From NCBI GenBank assembly GCA_964035545.1, contig OZ037765.1, forward strand, positions 33,479,504 through 33,543,503: DNA of 64,000 nucleotides, in the 5' to 3' direction. Shown piece by piece: positions 48,201-61,200 of the stretch. Under the pieces are notes generated by a model. That model was not told the origin of the DNA and searched no databases. It saw nothing but the letters and a program-made list of their open reading frames with translations. The DNA comes from Bugula neritina. Taxonomy: Eukaryota > Animalia > Bryozoa. The translations under genes and the position numbers were made by a program. How positions within the stretch are numbered: position 1 is the stretch's first letter; each line of letters begins with the position of its first letter.

Positions 48201-50437
48201 CCGATTTATCTTAGAGACATGAATACGTCTACAAAATAATATGATTAAATCAATTTCTAGATTGAAGGAAAAGTTATAATTGACAAATATTAATTAGTAA
48301 ATCACTGTGGAACTAAAAACTCCATACAAAGTTCATGTGAAATAATAGAGCGAAACTATTGGTTCTGATTAGTGAACTGTCGCTTTTCCAGAATATTCCA
48401 TCAACAACAAATAAAGTTTATAATTCTGAACTATAACAGATTCCAGAGGTGCGTCACCACCACCATCAAGGTAGAGTGTATAAAGACCAGGTGGTATAAC
48501 ATACGATATCGTGTCCATCATGATGACAGCGCACTGCTGCATGAGACCGTCCAGTTGCAGGAGACAGGCAGCTGCCAGGACTGGCACCACTTTGACTGGC
48601 TCTATGGTGAAGTCGTCTCTGTACAGACAGCCAAATGCTATCGACAAAGCTGCAAACACAACCACACAATACCTGTCTCTGATGTCAAGTAGGGACAGAA
48701 GTTGAATATAATGTATAACATGCTAACACACAGCCTACTCAAAACCTCAGTAGGCAAAGTTGCTCAAAGTTGAGTTTAGAGACAGACAGATAAAATGATT
48801 GCTGTTAATGAGCAAATCTCTGTACCATAAGAAAGCAGATTTTAACTAGTATAGTATTTTGTACACTGTAGAAATAGATGTCATGCAGGAAAACAAAATG
48901 TCTATATTATGTATCATAAGTTTCTTCAGCCCAGATTATTTCCACTTCTAGATGTGCAGCGAAACTCAACCAATTAGAAGAAAGTGCAGTTTACACTTCA
49001 ACACTAGTAGTATATCAAGAGAGATAAATCAACAGGAAGCTGTCAAATGCCTACCTTCCACGTCAATGTTGTCATCAGGGATGTCAAGAGAAATGCTGCT
49101 GGCCTCTGCCTCTCTCCACGACCCGTTGAACATGCTGTCGAAGTATCCGCACTGAAAGTACAGGCAGCGAGTAGACTATACAAAGGTCTAAAGTATTACA
49201 TACTACACTGATCTTTATAATACTACAGAGATCTTATGATACTACAGAGATCTCTATAATACTACAGAGATCTCTATAATACCACAGAGATCTCTATAAT
49301 ACTACAGAGATCTCTAGCATACCATAATGTTGCCGAACTGCACACCAACTATAGATAGGTGGGTAGATGTACTACTCAGCCAGAGTTGCAGTGAGAATAT
49401 AATAAAGTACTCTTTGATCTTTGAACTTTAACCGACCTCTAAACGATTTCTATGTAATGGGAGTTTGCATATCATCCTTTTCAAACCTACTAGCACCACT
49501 CTACTGTAAGCATCTAACACATGCTTGTATCCATGACAACAAACAACAGGTATATAACATGTAATCAATATTCTAGTAAAGGTAGTGACATGTTGAACTT
49601 AACAAGTTGATTCAACACACACTATGCAGTGACACACTCACCTGTTTGAGATATATTTTGTGTAACTTCCACTCTTTGCCTAAGGCAGTGATTGTGATAT
49701 CGCTATTCTCTCCATTCACAAAGAGCACTTGGTAAATGTAATCTGTAGTGGATTTCAGCTTCTTCCTGTAATCAGATGCAGTGAAATAACACACTTGCTG
49801 ATTAACACTATAGTAGTATGGGGGCGTGGCACTTGAAGCCTCATATCTCAACATATTCACTGGAAAAGTAAATTCTATTGACATTTTAGGGTGATTCTGT
49901 AAGAATAATATAGTATTTATATTACTAGAATGAAATAATTACAGCGCTTAGGTTTCCCATATATCATAGCATATTTCTATCTCAACATATCTACATGTGT
50001 ATCTTCATGATGGATTGATTAATGGTATACAATGCTAAAATATGTTGAAATGATGCTTGAAGCTCCTTTTAGTTAGGAGTATTATATTAACTTAGTATAA
50101 GTGCTCCGGAGTTGTGTGCACTTAAAGGGTACATGTCGTAGAATAATGGAACTATCTAATAAGCATTACGTTATCCATGTATAAACAACAATAGACTAAT
50201 ACATGTTAGGACCGCAGTAACTTTAAAGAGAGCAACTTATAATAGGTCATTTAAATTACCAACAAAAAGAAACCCTGACAGAACGTACTTCTGCGGCGTA
50301 TAAAGTAGAGGATCTTCTAAATTATCAGTATCCAAGTCAGTATCGTTAGCTCTTTTTCCACGCCGATTGGTATCTGTATCAGTGGGAGTTGTTGCCCCTT
50401 TTTCTGTAGAGTAGAACAAACTCAAATACGACCCCAT
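42246..50437 (-). CDS. GMCL1: Germ cell-less protein-like (BTB/BACK CUL3 adaptor), about 556 aa, 13 coding exons
   Basis: Exons 50437-50289, 49765-49642, 49151-49055, 48649-48505, 48033-47902, 47645-47561, 47251-47155, 46559-46413, 45311-45242, 44545-44464, 44282-44221, 43237-43072, 42560-42246 (1671 nt). Hallmarks: MGSYLS myristoylation-type start, KKLKSTTDYIYQVLFVNGENSDITITALGKEWKLHKIYLKQCGYFDSMFNGSWRE, LFVMQVEMDVY, WRWIGFNYGVDL. Confidence 0.92.
43775..44183. repeat. 27-bp intronic minisatellite (about 15 copies)
   Basis: Unit ctacagaatactactatgctatagcac. Confidence 0.95.
44848..45130. repeat. AT-rich low-complexity tract (taatataatag-like units)
   Basis: Direct reading of the sequence. 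Confidence 0.85.
45774..46350. repeat. 25-bp intronic minisatellite (about 23 copies)
   Basis: Unit taccttgacaccacttgctcacaac. Confidence 0.96.
46560..46740. repeat. 25-bp minisatellite (about 7 copies) containing the GMCL1 exon-8 acceptor
   Basis: Unit ctacacagaagagttagaacagagg, in register with the acceptor AG at 46561-46560. Confidence 0.93.
49200..49317. repeat. 20-bp minisatellite (about 6 copies) with internal palindrome AGAGATCTCT
   Basis: Unit tactacagagatctctataa. Confidence 0.88.
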
Positions 50438-52129
50438 TCTTGAATGTCTAAACTTCTGCTTCTAGTAAGAGTTTCTCTGCACAAGTAGCCCCTTCATCAT
50501 AATGAGTATGCTGTGAGATTGATTCTACAACATTATTCACATTCAACACTAAATAAATAATATATATGTTAAAGCAATAGGCTTCTTTTAGAAAAATGCA
50601 GGGTTTCAGACCCAACCACAAGAACCTTCATAATTTTCCCAACACAGTCAGAACTGTAAGTAACACTATGCTCAGCTTCAACTATCAGTCCGCTTGAACT
50701 AAAATTGATAAGTTTCTCAGCAGCTCTGCAAGTTAAAGTGCTGACCAACAAGCAGCTTCACACAAATTTACAGGAATAGAGGGTGTGGCCCATCTACTGG
50801 CCTTCATTGGCCTCTCATGTGGTGGTTTGTGATTATATCGAGATGTTCCGGTTATGAATTTGGCAGATTGTTATAATCATTATAGCAACATTTAAATTAA
50901 AGTTTCGTTTTCATCTACATTTTATGTCATATTTTATGAAACTAAAATGCTATGAAATAATATACATGATCACAACAAACAATTCCTATAAGAAATCTAA
51001 GCAACAGTAGTTATTATTGTGTATTATATTCATAATGCCAATCCGAATCACAGCCAGTAAGTTAATAAAAATATGTCCAACTCATGATAAATGAAAATTT
51101 GCCTTTTCAATTGAATTATATTTAATTTTTTATCAATAGTATCGGTTATAATTCTAGTAATAGCAAATACTGTCTGTAATAGTTCAATTATATGATTATA
51201 AAATTATAAGAGTAATACTGATAGTAGGTACATCAAATGATAATTTTCAAGTATAGTAAACAGCTACTAAATCATTTAGTAGCTGTTTACTATCAGTATT
51301 ACTTTTACTTTCATTGAATTATTTAGTAGCATATAGTAAATGCTACAAAATAATTCAATGAAAGACAATAATAAAATTACATAAGATAATCACTTTTAGG
51401 CTTAGTTTTATGAACACTCCAAGTCCAACATTACTACCAATAACATCATGATAATCATGATGTTCATGTTAATTATTAACATGAACATCATGATTATCAT
51501 CAATCCATATTGATATTTGCATCACTATCATCATGTTAATGTTGGCTAGTTGGGTAGAACTAGAAGTTGAACTACAAGTACATCACTGTTAGTGTTAGTG
51601 TTACTCACTACGTCTACTATGTTAGTGTTGAGTGTTTACATATACTCATACTGGTAGTTATTAAATTTAATACTATACTCATACTGTATACAAATATGTA
51701 GCATAGCTAATAGCTAAAAGCTATAAAGTAAAAACATTAAATTCAAATGCTACCATTAGAGGCAAAGTGATTAACTTTAAGTTTAACTTCGGCTTGTATT
51801 ACTATTAATATTAGTATTTGGAAATTATGCTAAAACTTAAACTTTACTTAAACTAAAAGTAGAAGTAAAAGTAAAACTGGCCAACTAAAAACTTAAACTT
51901 AAAGTCACTATAGCAGATGACTATGAGTATGTACGCAAACTTTTTCAAGCTTTTTTATCAAATACATTGTAGGCATCTTAGACTTAGTTCAGAGTTATAT
52001 CGCATTTATGCAGGAGCTAAGCACAGAAACTTCCATTTGGTAATTTATGATTTCAACAACTCTACAGCACCAATAAATAAAAGCTGACAGAAAAATAAAT
52101 AAATTTAGGTTGTTGTTGGAGAGTGGTCG

Positions 52130-52272
52130 ATTTGAAGCTACAGTTAAGAAACCTGGCTAACACTTGCATGCGGCCGTAATTTAAATCGTAAATAGTTTGA
52201 TGTAAAGCATAATAAAAGATTAGGGCCTAGTTTCGATTATCCGCTTCCGTCTTCAAATACAATACAATGGCG
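52130..52272. promoter_or_regulatory. Probable bidirectional promoter between GMCL1 and KCTD5
   Basis: Divergent genes. Locally CpG-containing (gcggccg, ccgcttccg), with an ETS-like CTTCCG near 52244 and a YY1-like AATGGCG over the KCTD5 ATG. The GMCL1 ATG exon begins at an acceptor near 50525, which implies an upstream non-coding exon; candidate donor GCCAG|GTTTCT near 52152. Confidence 0.45.
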
Positions 52273-55200
52273 TTACCTGTAGTAAATCACAATGGAGCTA
52301 CTGTAATGGAAACAGACAAAAACTCATGTTCAAAATGCACTGGTGACGATCTTCAGTTAAAGCATACTTGGGTTAAATTAAATGTTGGTGGGACGCAATT
52401 TTTGACTACTAAAACCTCGTTATGTCGAGACCCCAAGTCGTTTCTTTACAGGCTATGTCAAGAAGAAAATGATTTGAAGTCGGATAAGGCAAGTTTTTCA
52501 GTTTATATTTTAAATTTTGATAATGCTTTTCTTGACAGTTATTTATTATTTTGAGTATTTAAACTGATGGAGTTGATAAATTTTGATTGGCATGCACAAC
52601 TTATACTACTACTAGTGGTTGACTAAAAGTAAACCTACTCTTGGTCCTAGCCCTAGGGCTAGTTACTGTTACTGTTAGTGTTAGCAATTAACTCATAACT
52701 CATTAGTCATTATCATTATGATTAACAATAAATGTAAGTTACTGAGAGAAAGACTAAGACTAAATTTTAGGGTAGTACAAGTAGAGTTCAAGTACAACTA
52801 CAATATATCTACTCCTGGTCATGGTGACTAGTCCTAGAAGTGGTACTAGGCTTAGCAGCTGTGTCTGTAGTACTACTACTACTACTAGTACTACTTACTA
52901 CTACTCAAACTCTACTACTCGTAATCTTACAGTTAGTGTTAGGCCTAGTTTTCTTACTATTACTATTAGTATCATTTTAGTTAGGTAGGCTACTACTTGA
53001 TAATTAGTACTACTACTAGCGTACTACTGTCTAGTGTACTGCTAGTAGGCTACTAGTACTGCTACTAGTACTAGGACTATCCGTATTAGTATTAGTTTAT
53101 AAATACTATTAATTGTAGTAGTGCCAATGGTGCTACTCGACTAGTACTTGTAGCTGTGGTAGTAATACTTGTACTCGCTATTGACTAGTCACTAGTAATA
53201 ACCCATGTCCGTTACCTTGTATTTAATTTTATGTATTAATTTAGTTTCTTACTATTAGTAATACTGTAATAGTATTGTAATATCAATGACAATAATATTA
53301 TCAATAGTTTTATAAATTGTTTAATGAATTTTTAGTTTTAACTTAACTTAAGGATCACCATTATTTATAATTGATAGTTGATATTATTTAAAATTATGAT
53401 GTTATTTCTACTACTTTTTGTAAGAATTTTATTACCTATAAATATTACACTCACACTTATAGGTTTTACCTATGCCTATATCAATACCAGAATCAGCTAA
53501 TAAAATTGATGTGATTAAAATTGTTAAGGCACTTTTATGAATACTCAGTCTGACGACCATAGTAATAGTATGTAGACAACCATGTAATTGTAGCCAAATC
53601 AAGATCTAACCATAAGATTATCATTGATTTTTCTTTTAAATGAATTTTATTGTCTAATAAGTTACTCTATCAATTATCACAACAGTAAGTTAATGAAGAA
53701 AATATATCTAGAAGCTGTAAATAAAGGCCCCTAAATTACTAGTAAGTGTTCAACTTTCAGATTCAAGTCACAGACTAGGCTACTAAACATTATATGAAAG
53801 TCAAAATTATTCTGTTATATTTCTGATGGCAGTAAGCTTTAGAATCTTTGTAATGCTTCACAGCTTTTCAATGGTAGCTGCTTATTGGTTGTAGGATGAA
53901 AATGGAGCATATCTTATAGACCGAGACCCTGAATACTTCAGACCCATTCTAAATTACCTGCGTCATGGCAAACTGGTTGTCGATAAAAGCCAAGAATTAG
54001 AAGGTGAGGCTATTAGTGTTTCTGGAAGTATAATTTCCTTTACTATTGGTATATCCCACAAGGTTGGTATGTATACAGTACATGCCTCACTTTACTGTCC
54101 ATGGTGAACTGGTCCAGCTTTCTCTCTAAGTGATTCGGGTTTTTATATGTGGATGAAGATTTTAAATTATGTAATCTTTATTTCTTCTTTTCTGGAAGAC
54201 CTCAATGATTAGGTTATAATATAAAGTTTAAGTTAACCTAGCTTTATAAATTGCTACAGTCTGATGTAGTAGTACAGTTTTATGTAGTAGTACAGTTTGA
54301 TGTAGTAGTACATGTAGTTGTAGTAGTCTGATGTAGTAATACAGTTTTATGTAGTAGTACATGTAGTAGTACAGTTTTATGTAGTAGTACATGTAGTAGG
54401 GTAGTAACCTACACCCAATACTATACGTTGAAGGGGTGCTGGAGGAAGCAGAATTCTATAATGTGACTGAAGTGATTCAAATTTGTAAGGAAAGGATAAA
54501 ACTGCGAGACGACGTCCATCATCAAGTATGTTGCTTGACTTTCTCCGGAACAAATGTATCATGATCTAGGTACTAGACTAGGTAGTAGATACTAGACTAG
54601 GGAGTAGATACTAGACTAGGTACTAGATACTAGAATAGGTACTAGATACTAGACTAGGGAGTGGATACTAGACTAGGTACTAGATACTAGACTAGGTACT
54701 AGATACTAGACTAGGGAGTGGATACTAGACTAGGGAGTAGATACTAGACTAGGGAGTAGATACTAGATACTAAGTAATAGATACTAGACTAGGTACTAGA
54801 TACTAGACTAGGGAGTAGATACTAGACTAGGTAGTAGATACTAGACTAGATACTAGACTAGGGAGTAGATACTAGACTAGGGAGTAGATACTAGACTAGG
54901 TAGTAGATACTAGATACTAGACTAGATACTAGATACTAGACTAGGTACTAGATACTAGACTAGGGACTAGATACTAGACTAGGGAGTAGATACTAGACTA
55001 GGTACTAGATACTAGACTAGGTACTAGACTAGGGACTAGATACTAGACTAGGTACTAGATACTAGATACTAGACTAGGGAGTGGATACTAGACTAGGGAG
55101 TAGATACTAGACTAGGGAGTAGATACTAGATACTAGGTAATAGATACTAGACTAGGTACTAGATACTAGACTAGGGAGTAGATACTAGACTAGATACTAG

Positions 55201-57365
55201 GTACTAGATACTAGACTAGGGAGTAGATACTAGATACTAGGTACTAGATACTAGACTAGGTACTAGATACTAGATACTAGACTAGGGAGTGGATACTAGA
55301 CTAGGGAGTAGATACTAGACTAGGGAGTAGATACTAGACTAGGGAGTAGATACTAGACTAGGGAGTAGATACTAGACTAGGGAGTAGATACTAGACTAGG
55401 GACTAGACTAGGGACTAGATACTAGACTAGGTACTAGATACTAGACTAGGTACTAGATACTAGACTAGGTACTAAATACTAGACTAGGGACTAGATACTA
55501 GACTAGGGAGTAGATACTAGACTAGGTACTAGATACTAGACTAGGGAGTAGATACTAGACTAGGTACTAGACTAGGGACTAGATACTAGACTAGGTACTA
55601 GATACTAGACTAGGTACTAGATACTAGACTAGGTACTAAATACTAGACTAGGGACTAGATACTAGACTAGGGACTAGATACTAGACTAGGGACTAGATAC
55701 TAGACTAGGGACTAGATACTAGACTAGGTACTAGACTAGGGACTAGATACTAGACTAGGTACTAGATACTAGACTAGGTACTAGATACTAGACTAGGTAC
55801 TAAATACTAGACTAGGGACTAGATACTAGACTAGGGACTAGATACTAGACTAGGGACTAGATACTAGACTAGGGACTAGATACTAGACTAGGTACTAGAC
55901 TAGGGACTAGATACTAGACTAGGTACTAGATACTAGACTAGATACTAAATACTAGACTAGGGACTAGATACTAGACTAGGGACTAGATACTAGACTAGGG
56001 ACTAGATACTAGACTAGGTACTAGATACTAGACTAGGTACTAAATACTAGACTAGGGACTAGATACTAGACTAGGGACTAGATACTAGACTAGGGACTAG
56101 ATACTAGACTAGGGACTAGATACTAGACTAGGGACTAGATACTAGACTAGGTACTAGATACTAGACTAGGTACTAGATACTAGACTAGGTACTAGATACT
56201 AGACTAGGGACTAGATACTAGACTAGGGGGTAGATACTAGACTAGGGACTAGATACTAGACTAGGGACTAAATACTAGACTAGGGACTAGATACTAGACT
56301 AGGTAGTAGATACTAGACTAGGGACTAGATACTAGACTAGGGACTAGATACTAGACCATTCAGTGTTACCAAGGCAAGATTAATTGAGTGTCTGTCAAAA
56401 ATGACAATGCATAGTGAACTTGGTGATCATAAATATACTATTTTTACTAAATTTATCTTTAGTTTCTATACAACTTGTATTTGCACAGCAGTATAAACTA
56501 AACAAATAAACAACATCAATTGCTAATATTTCGCTGCTGCTGTTGCAGTCAAACGTGAAGAATGTGTACCGAGTGTTACAATGCTCAGAGGACGAACTGA
56601 CTCACCTCGTCTCCTCTCTCTCCGACGGCTGGAAGTTTGAACAGGTTAGTAGTTTTACAGGGGAAATCATCTACTTTTCTTCTGCTACATCCTGCATAGT
56701 GTTAGTATCACTTTAGTGCTACTAACAGTCAAAGTAGTCTTTTAATGTCTAGAATATATCATGAAGGCAGTAAGCATAAGTTTACTTTTGAATTAACTGA
56801 CACATGGATAAATATAGTGCCATTGTGTTTTAAATAGATTGTGGTATAATTATTCAAGAAAAAAACGAGTAATTTAGTAGATTGTTGGGAGTTGTTTCAC
56901 CCTACAATTATACTGCATGCCTAGCATTCACTTAGTCCTTTTTTCTGTTTTAGCTGATAAACATAGGATCACCTTATGCATCTTACGGGGGCCAAGACAA
57001 CGCCGAGTACCTGTGTGTGGTCTCTAGAGGCTATCCAAACAGGACCCCCGCTGACCACAACACCGACAGGTCAACGGTGAGTTATGTGGTGTCATCATCA
57101 CGTTGGCAGCTCTGATATTCTCATAGTAAACCAGAATTAGAACTAAATATGAGTTTAGTCTAGGTTTGTATAGTTCCAGTAGGTTTGACTTTAGCTATTA
57201 GGTTGGATGGTCAACCATCGTTTTTTAGTACTTTTCCGACAATTTTGTCTATTCACTGATATTTGTTGACTTTAGCTGGACTGCTAATTTCGCTGGTCTA
57301 TTAGAAATATAGTGTTTTACATCTTTATCTTGCAGTTGTTACAGAAAGCAATGAGGATGACCTGA
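52267..57365 (+). CDS. KCTD5: BTB/POZ protein KCTD5/KCTD2/KCTD17 (insomniac)-like CUL3 adaptor, 223 aa, 6 exons
   Basis: Exons 52267-52488 (GC donor), 53895-54003, 54434-54525, 56549-56644, 56954-57076, 57336-57365. Motifs [93 protein letters not shown]. Probably co-orthologous to vertebrate KCTD2/5/17. Confidence 0.93.
54256..54398. repeat. 18-bp degenerate repeat upstream of KCTD5 exon 3
   Basis: Unit atgtagtagtacagtttt. Confidence 0.85.
54567..56356. repeat. About 1.8-kb ACTAG-based satellite (mostly 19-bp units with 7- and 12-bp variants)
   Basis: Units (gg/gt)actagatactagactag and ggagtagatactagactag. Confidence 0.97.
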
Positions 57366-58267
57366 GAAGGGCAGTGGCAGCGCATGGTCTTGGCAGCAGT
57401 ATTTTACGGATTACCAGTATCAAACTGTTGGTCATCTATACAGTAGATTATATTATATTCAATTACAGCCAATTTTGCACGCAGCAGTATTGAAACAAAC
57501 TTATGTTCAACCAAGAATTGTGAGGACAAAGTTTTCCTCACCGATATTTAATATCTTCAACTGCTACAGCTAATGTAGAACATTATATCAACATTTGTTA
57601 ATTTATTGTCATATTTAGTTATTCATTTTCCAACTTGTAGCTTCAACCACTGGCCAAAATGTCATTGCTAGATGTTACTAGATGGGACTCCAGTTAATGC
57701 TAGCAATTAAAATTTGCTCATAGTCGTTTTACCAATGTTGCATGCCGTCTGTTAAATTATACTTAGAGTGTGGCTTTTGTACAGCACCTTTGACTTAGCT
57801 CACTACTTCTCAATTATCCATTGTTGTCATTATCACCTTACAATATCAATAGTGGTACTTCATATTGTATATTATACGTATTGTTTTAAATACTTTAATA
57901 AAACTGTTCACTGTAATACAAAAGTTGTTAAAATTCTAAACGCAGCAGTAAATTTATTATATAATACAACATTTAATATAATAAAATAAATCCAGATAAA
58001 TAACATGTTTATATCTGTACACCAATTTTCTAGTAGAATAAACTGTGATTACAAACAGCAAAACTGGACTAGTTTACCGATTCTTCCCCAAGTTGCCAAC
58101 AGCTCTGGTAAATGGCATTTAATTAAAAAACTAGAATTGCATAATACAACATATAGAAACGAGTCAGCACAAATAGAGTAGCAAAGTGGTGAGGGGTAGA
58201 AGAGAACTGAAGCTACAGTAGCGTAAGCAGCTCTTCATTCTAGTACTGTGGAGAGGCAATGCTGGCT

Positions 58268-61200
58268 TCACCTCTTCAACTTGGGCTTACGAGGCCCGTA
58301 GTAATATTGCCACAACTGCTCAATTTTTCGGCACCAGACTTGCCCGTACCCTGCTGGATCTTCCAGGTAGTAGGTTCTCTTGGGCTACAAAGGTCAGAGG
58401 TGAACTCACAAGAGCAATGAAACAGTTGTAGTTAAAACTAGAGCATCTTGGGATAAAATTACTCAAGTAATTTCAGAATGTTGTATAATTTGATATACTA
58501 ACAGAGAACACAAAGTGTTAAAATATTACCTAAATAAAACAGTTTCTAGTGTCAGTGTTCATTCATATTAAGAGAACATTCTACAAGTCACATATACTAG
58601 TTTACAGGGGGACATAATAGACATAGCTTACTGTGTGCATAAAGAAAACTTTGAAGTTTTTAGATTCTGGCCGCACAGTCCTGGACCAGGGTACTTCCCC
58701 CTTGAGCACCATGTTCACCGGGTCTACGTAGTACAGGTGGGGCCCTTCTGTCATCAGAAACATTCTTCTTCTAGCAAACAGACCCTAAATAACAAGGCAT
58801 ATCTCTACTAGGAACAGCGAGCGCACTTTGATGCAATGACTTGCTATATGTTTGAAGAAGTCTTACTTTTCATTGATATTTAGCAATATGGATAAATATA
58901 ATGTTTATCATATAATATAAATCAACCGCCAAATAATAAAGTATAACCAACAGTATTTTCAATGGAGCGTATTTTTAAACTATTAGTTTATATGGTTTAT
59001 CCCCCTTCACTTATTGAATTTAGTGCCACTTCAACTGAAAACATCCCCTTTCACTGATTGACAGTTTAACTGCCAACATCAATTAGTTTAAACATATTTT
59101 TGGTACCTTATATTTTCCACCCACACTATAGAACTTCTCTCAACTATATAAGCTACTGAATATATTATCTGTTTGATGGGTAAAAGGTTTCCATAGAAAA
59201 CAGATTGATCAAACAATAGTGAATTATCTCCGCACGCACCTTCCGCTTATCCAGCAAGCCTTGGTGTACGATTAGATTATTTTCTACAAACTTATGATAG
59301 TCATTCTCCAGAGCCTGTTGGTTGAGGAGCAGAGCCTTCTCCTCTTTAGGGAGACTCAGCTGAGGGTACTCACTGCATATTCTAGAAGTTACCAGAAGAA
59401 TTGTCAGAATATTTCTCAGTATATCATATAAGAAGCATAAGCTATGGGGCATGACTAAACCACATTTATTTGCTCACCTGGAACAGTTTGAAAAACAGTA
59501 TTTACATATCTTATGTAAGTGCAAAAACAGAATATAATGACCAGAAAATCAGAATAAAAACACATCTTTTATTTATTGCAAAACACATCTCTTGACAAGC
59601 CTTCCAAAGACAGCTCTAGTACACAAGTGTAGGATGGTACCTCTCTTCGTCATCACTCCCTTCCTCTGTGCTCTTGGAGATGTCCTCACCGAGTCCTAGA
59701 CCCTCCAGTCTCACCAACTGCTGTCCATCCAGCCCAGTCTGCAAACACAAGACTGTCTCTCAGCAAAACAAGAGAAGATAACTCTACATGTCCAAGGAGA
59801 ATTCCAATGAAGAGAGCATAACTCTTGAGGTTCTAATTATCTAGATATGTGGTTCAGATTTTGTAAGAAATGCTGTCACCAATAGTGCTACTTGAATAAC
59901 TCAAGGAATTTATGAACAAATAATATTATCACTACAGCGCAGGAACAATACACAGAGAAATCATACAGCAACTCCGCCTTCAACTGTAACTCCTTCAACT
60001 AACCATAAGAAATATTAAGACAGAATAACACGAAGGGAGCAATGGAAGAGCTACCTGGTCGAGATCGGACCACAGGTCCTCGGCATTGTGGTCGTCTAAT
60101 GCAGGTAAATAAGGCACGAGTTTAGGGGCTTGGCTAGTGGGTAAACCCTCCCAGTCAACATCCTTGAAGAACGGGTGGGTCTTTAACGCTTCGTACCCGC
60201 CTGTTTCCTTAGATCCTATTCTTTTCTCAGCTTCAAGAATCTGAAATATGAGGATACAAGATAATTAAACTAACTTTCACTGGTTTCATGAAAAATAGAA
60301 TTTACGGTGTGCATTAATAATACTAACTACTTGTTGGTAGTTTCAAAACATCTGGAAGGTTACAGTAGAGAACTGTTTTAAAACTATTAGAGAAAACATT
60401 CTTTGAACAATATTCTAGACTTTTCTTTCAATATTTCAAGTTATATTGAAAACTAAAAACCAAAAACAATAGAGCCATTAAGATTAGCTATTGAGAGACA
60501 TGTCCGAGAGAAATAGTAACAGATACATAAACTGGTTGTCAACTTACCAGCAGTTTCTCTACCAAATCTCTTCCATGTACATCAAAACCATCTGGGTACT
60601 CGTAGTCCAACTTGACTATCTTATTAAATATTTGGTATTCATGTCTGAAAATAACACCAAAAATAATTTGTTTAAATGGTAAAGTAATTCATTTACTAGA
60701 CGAGTTGCAATTATAATGGCATTAATTTGAGAATTCACTGAGAAATGAATTTATAACAGACATGAGAAACTAGCAAACAGTAATATATTATAATATACTA
60801 GCATACAGTAATATACTATGTTATACTAGTATACAGTAATATATTATAATATACTAGTATACAGTAATATACTATAACATACTAGTATACACTAGTACAC
60901 AGTAATATACAGTAATATACTATGATATACTAGTATACAGTAATATACTATAATATACTATAATATACTAGTATACAGTAATATACAGTAATATACTATA
61001 ATATACTATTACACAGTAACAAGGTAGATTATGGTATTAGACTGCAACTCACGTGCCACGAAAAGGGTGTTCACCAGAAATCAGCTGATAGAGAATACAT
61101 CCTAGAGCCCAGAGATCACAGCTATAATACAAGTTATAGGAGTTATCTACCCTGCTTAGTTATCTATTATACTACATTATAATATACATAGAACACATCA

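Noticed and set aside
54567-56356. CTAGGG-containing array as interstitial telomere
   Set aside because: Periodicity is about 19 bp on an ACTAG base, with no TTAGGG or TTAGG runs.
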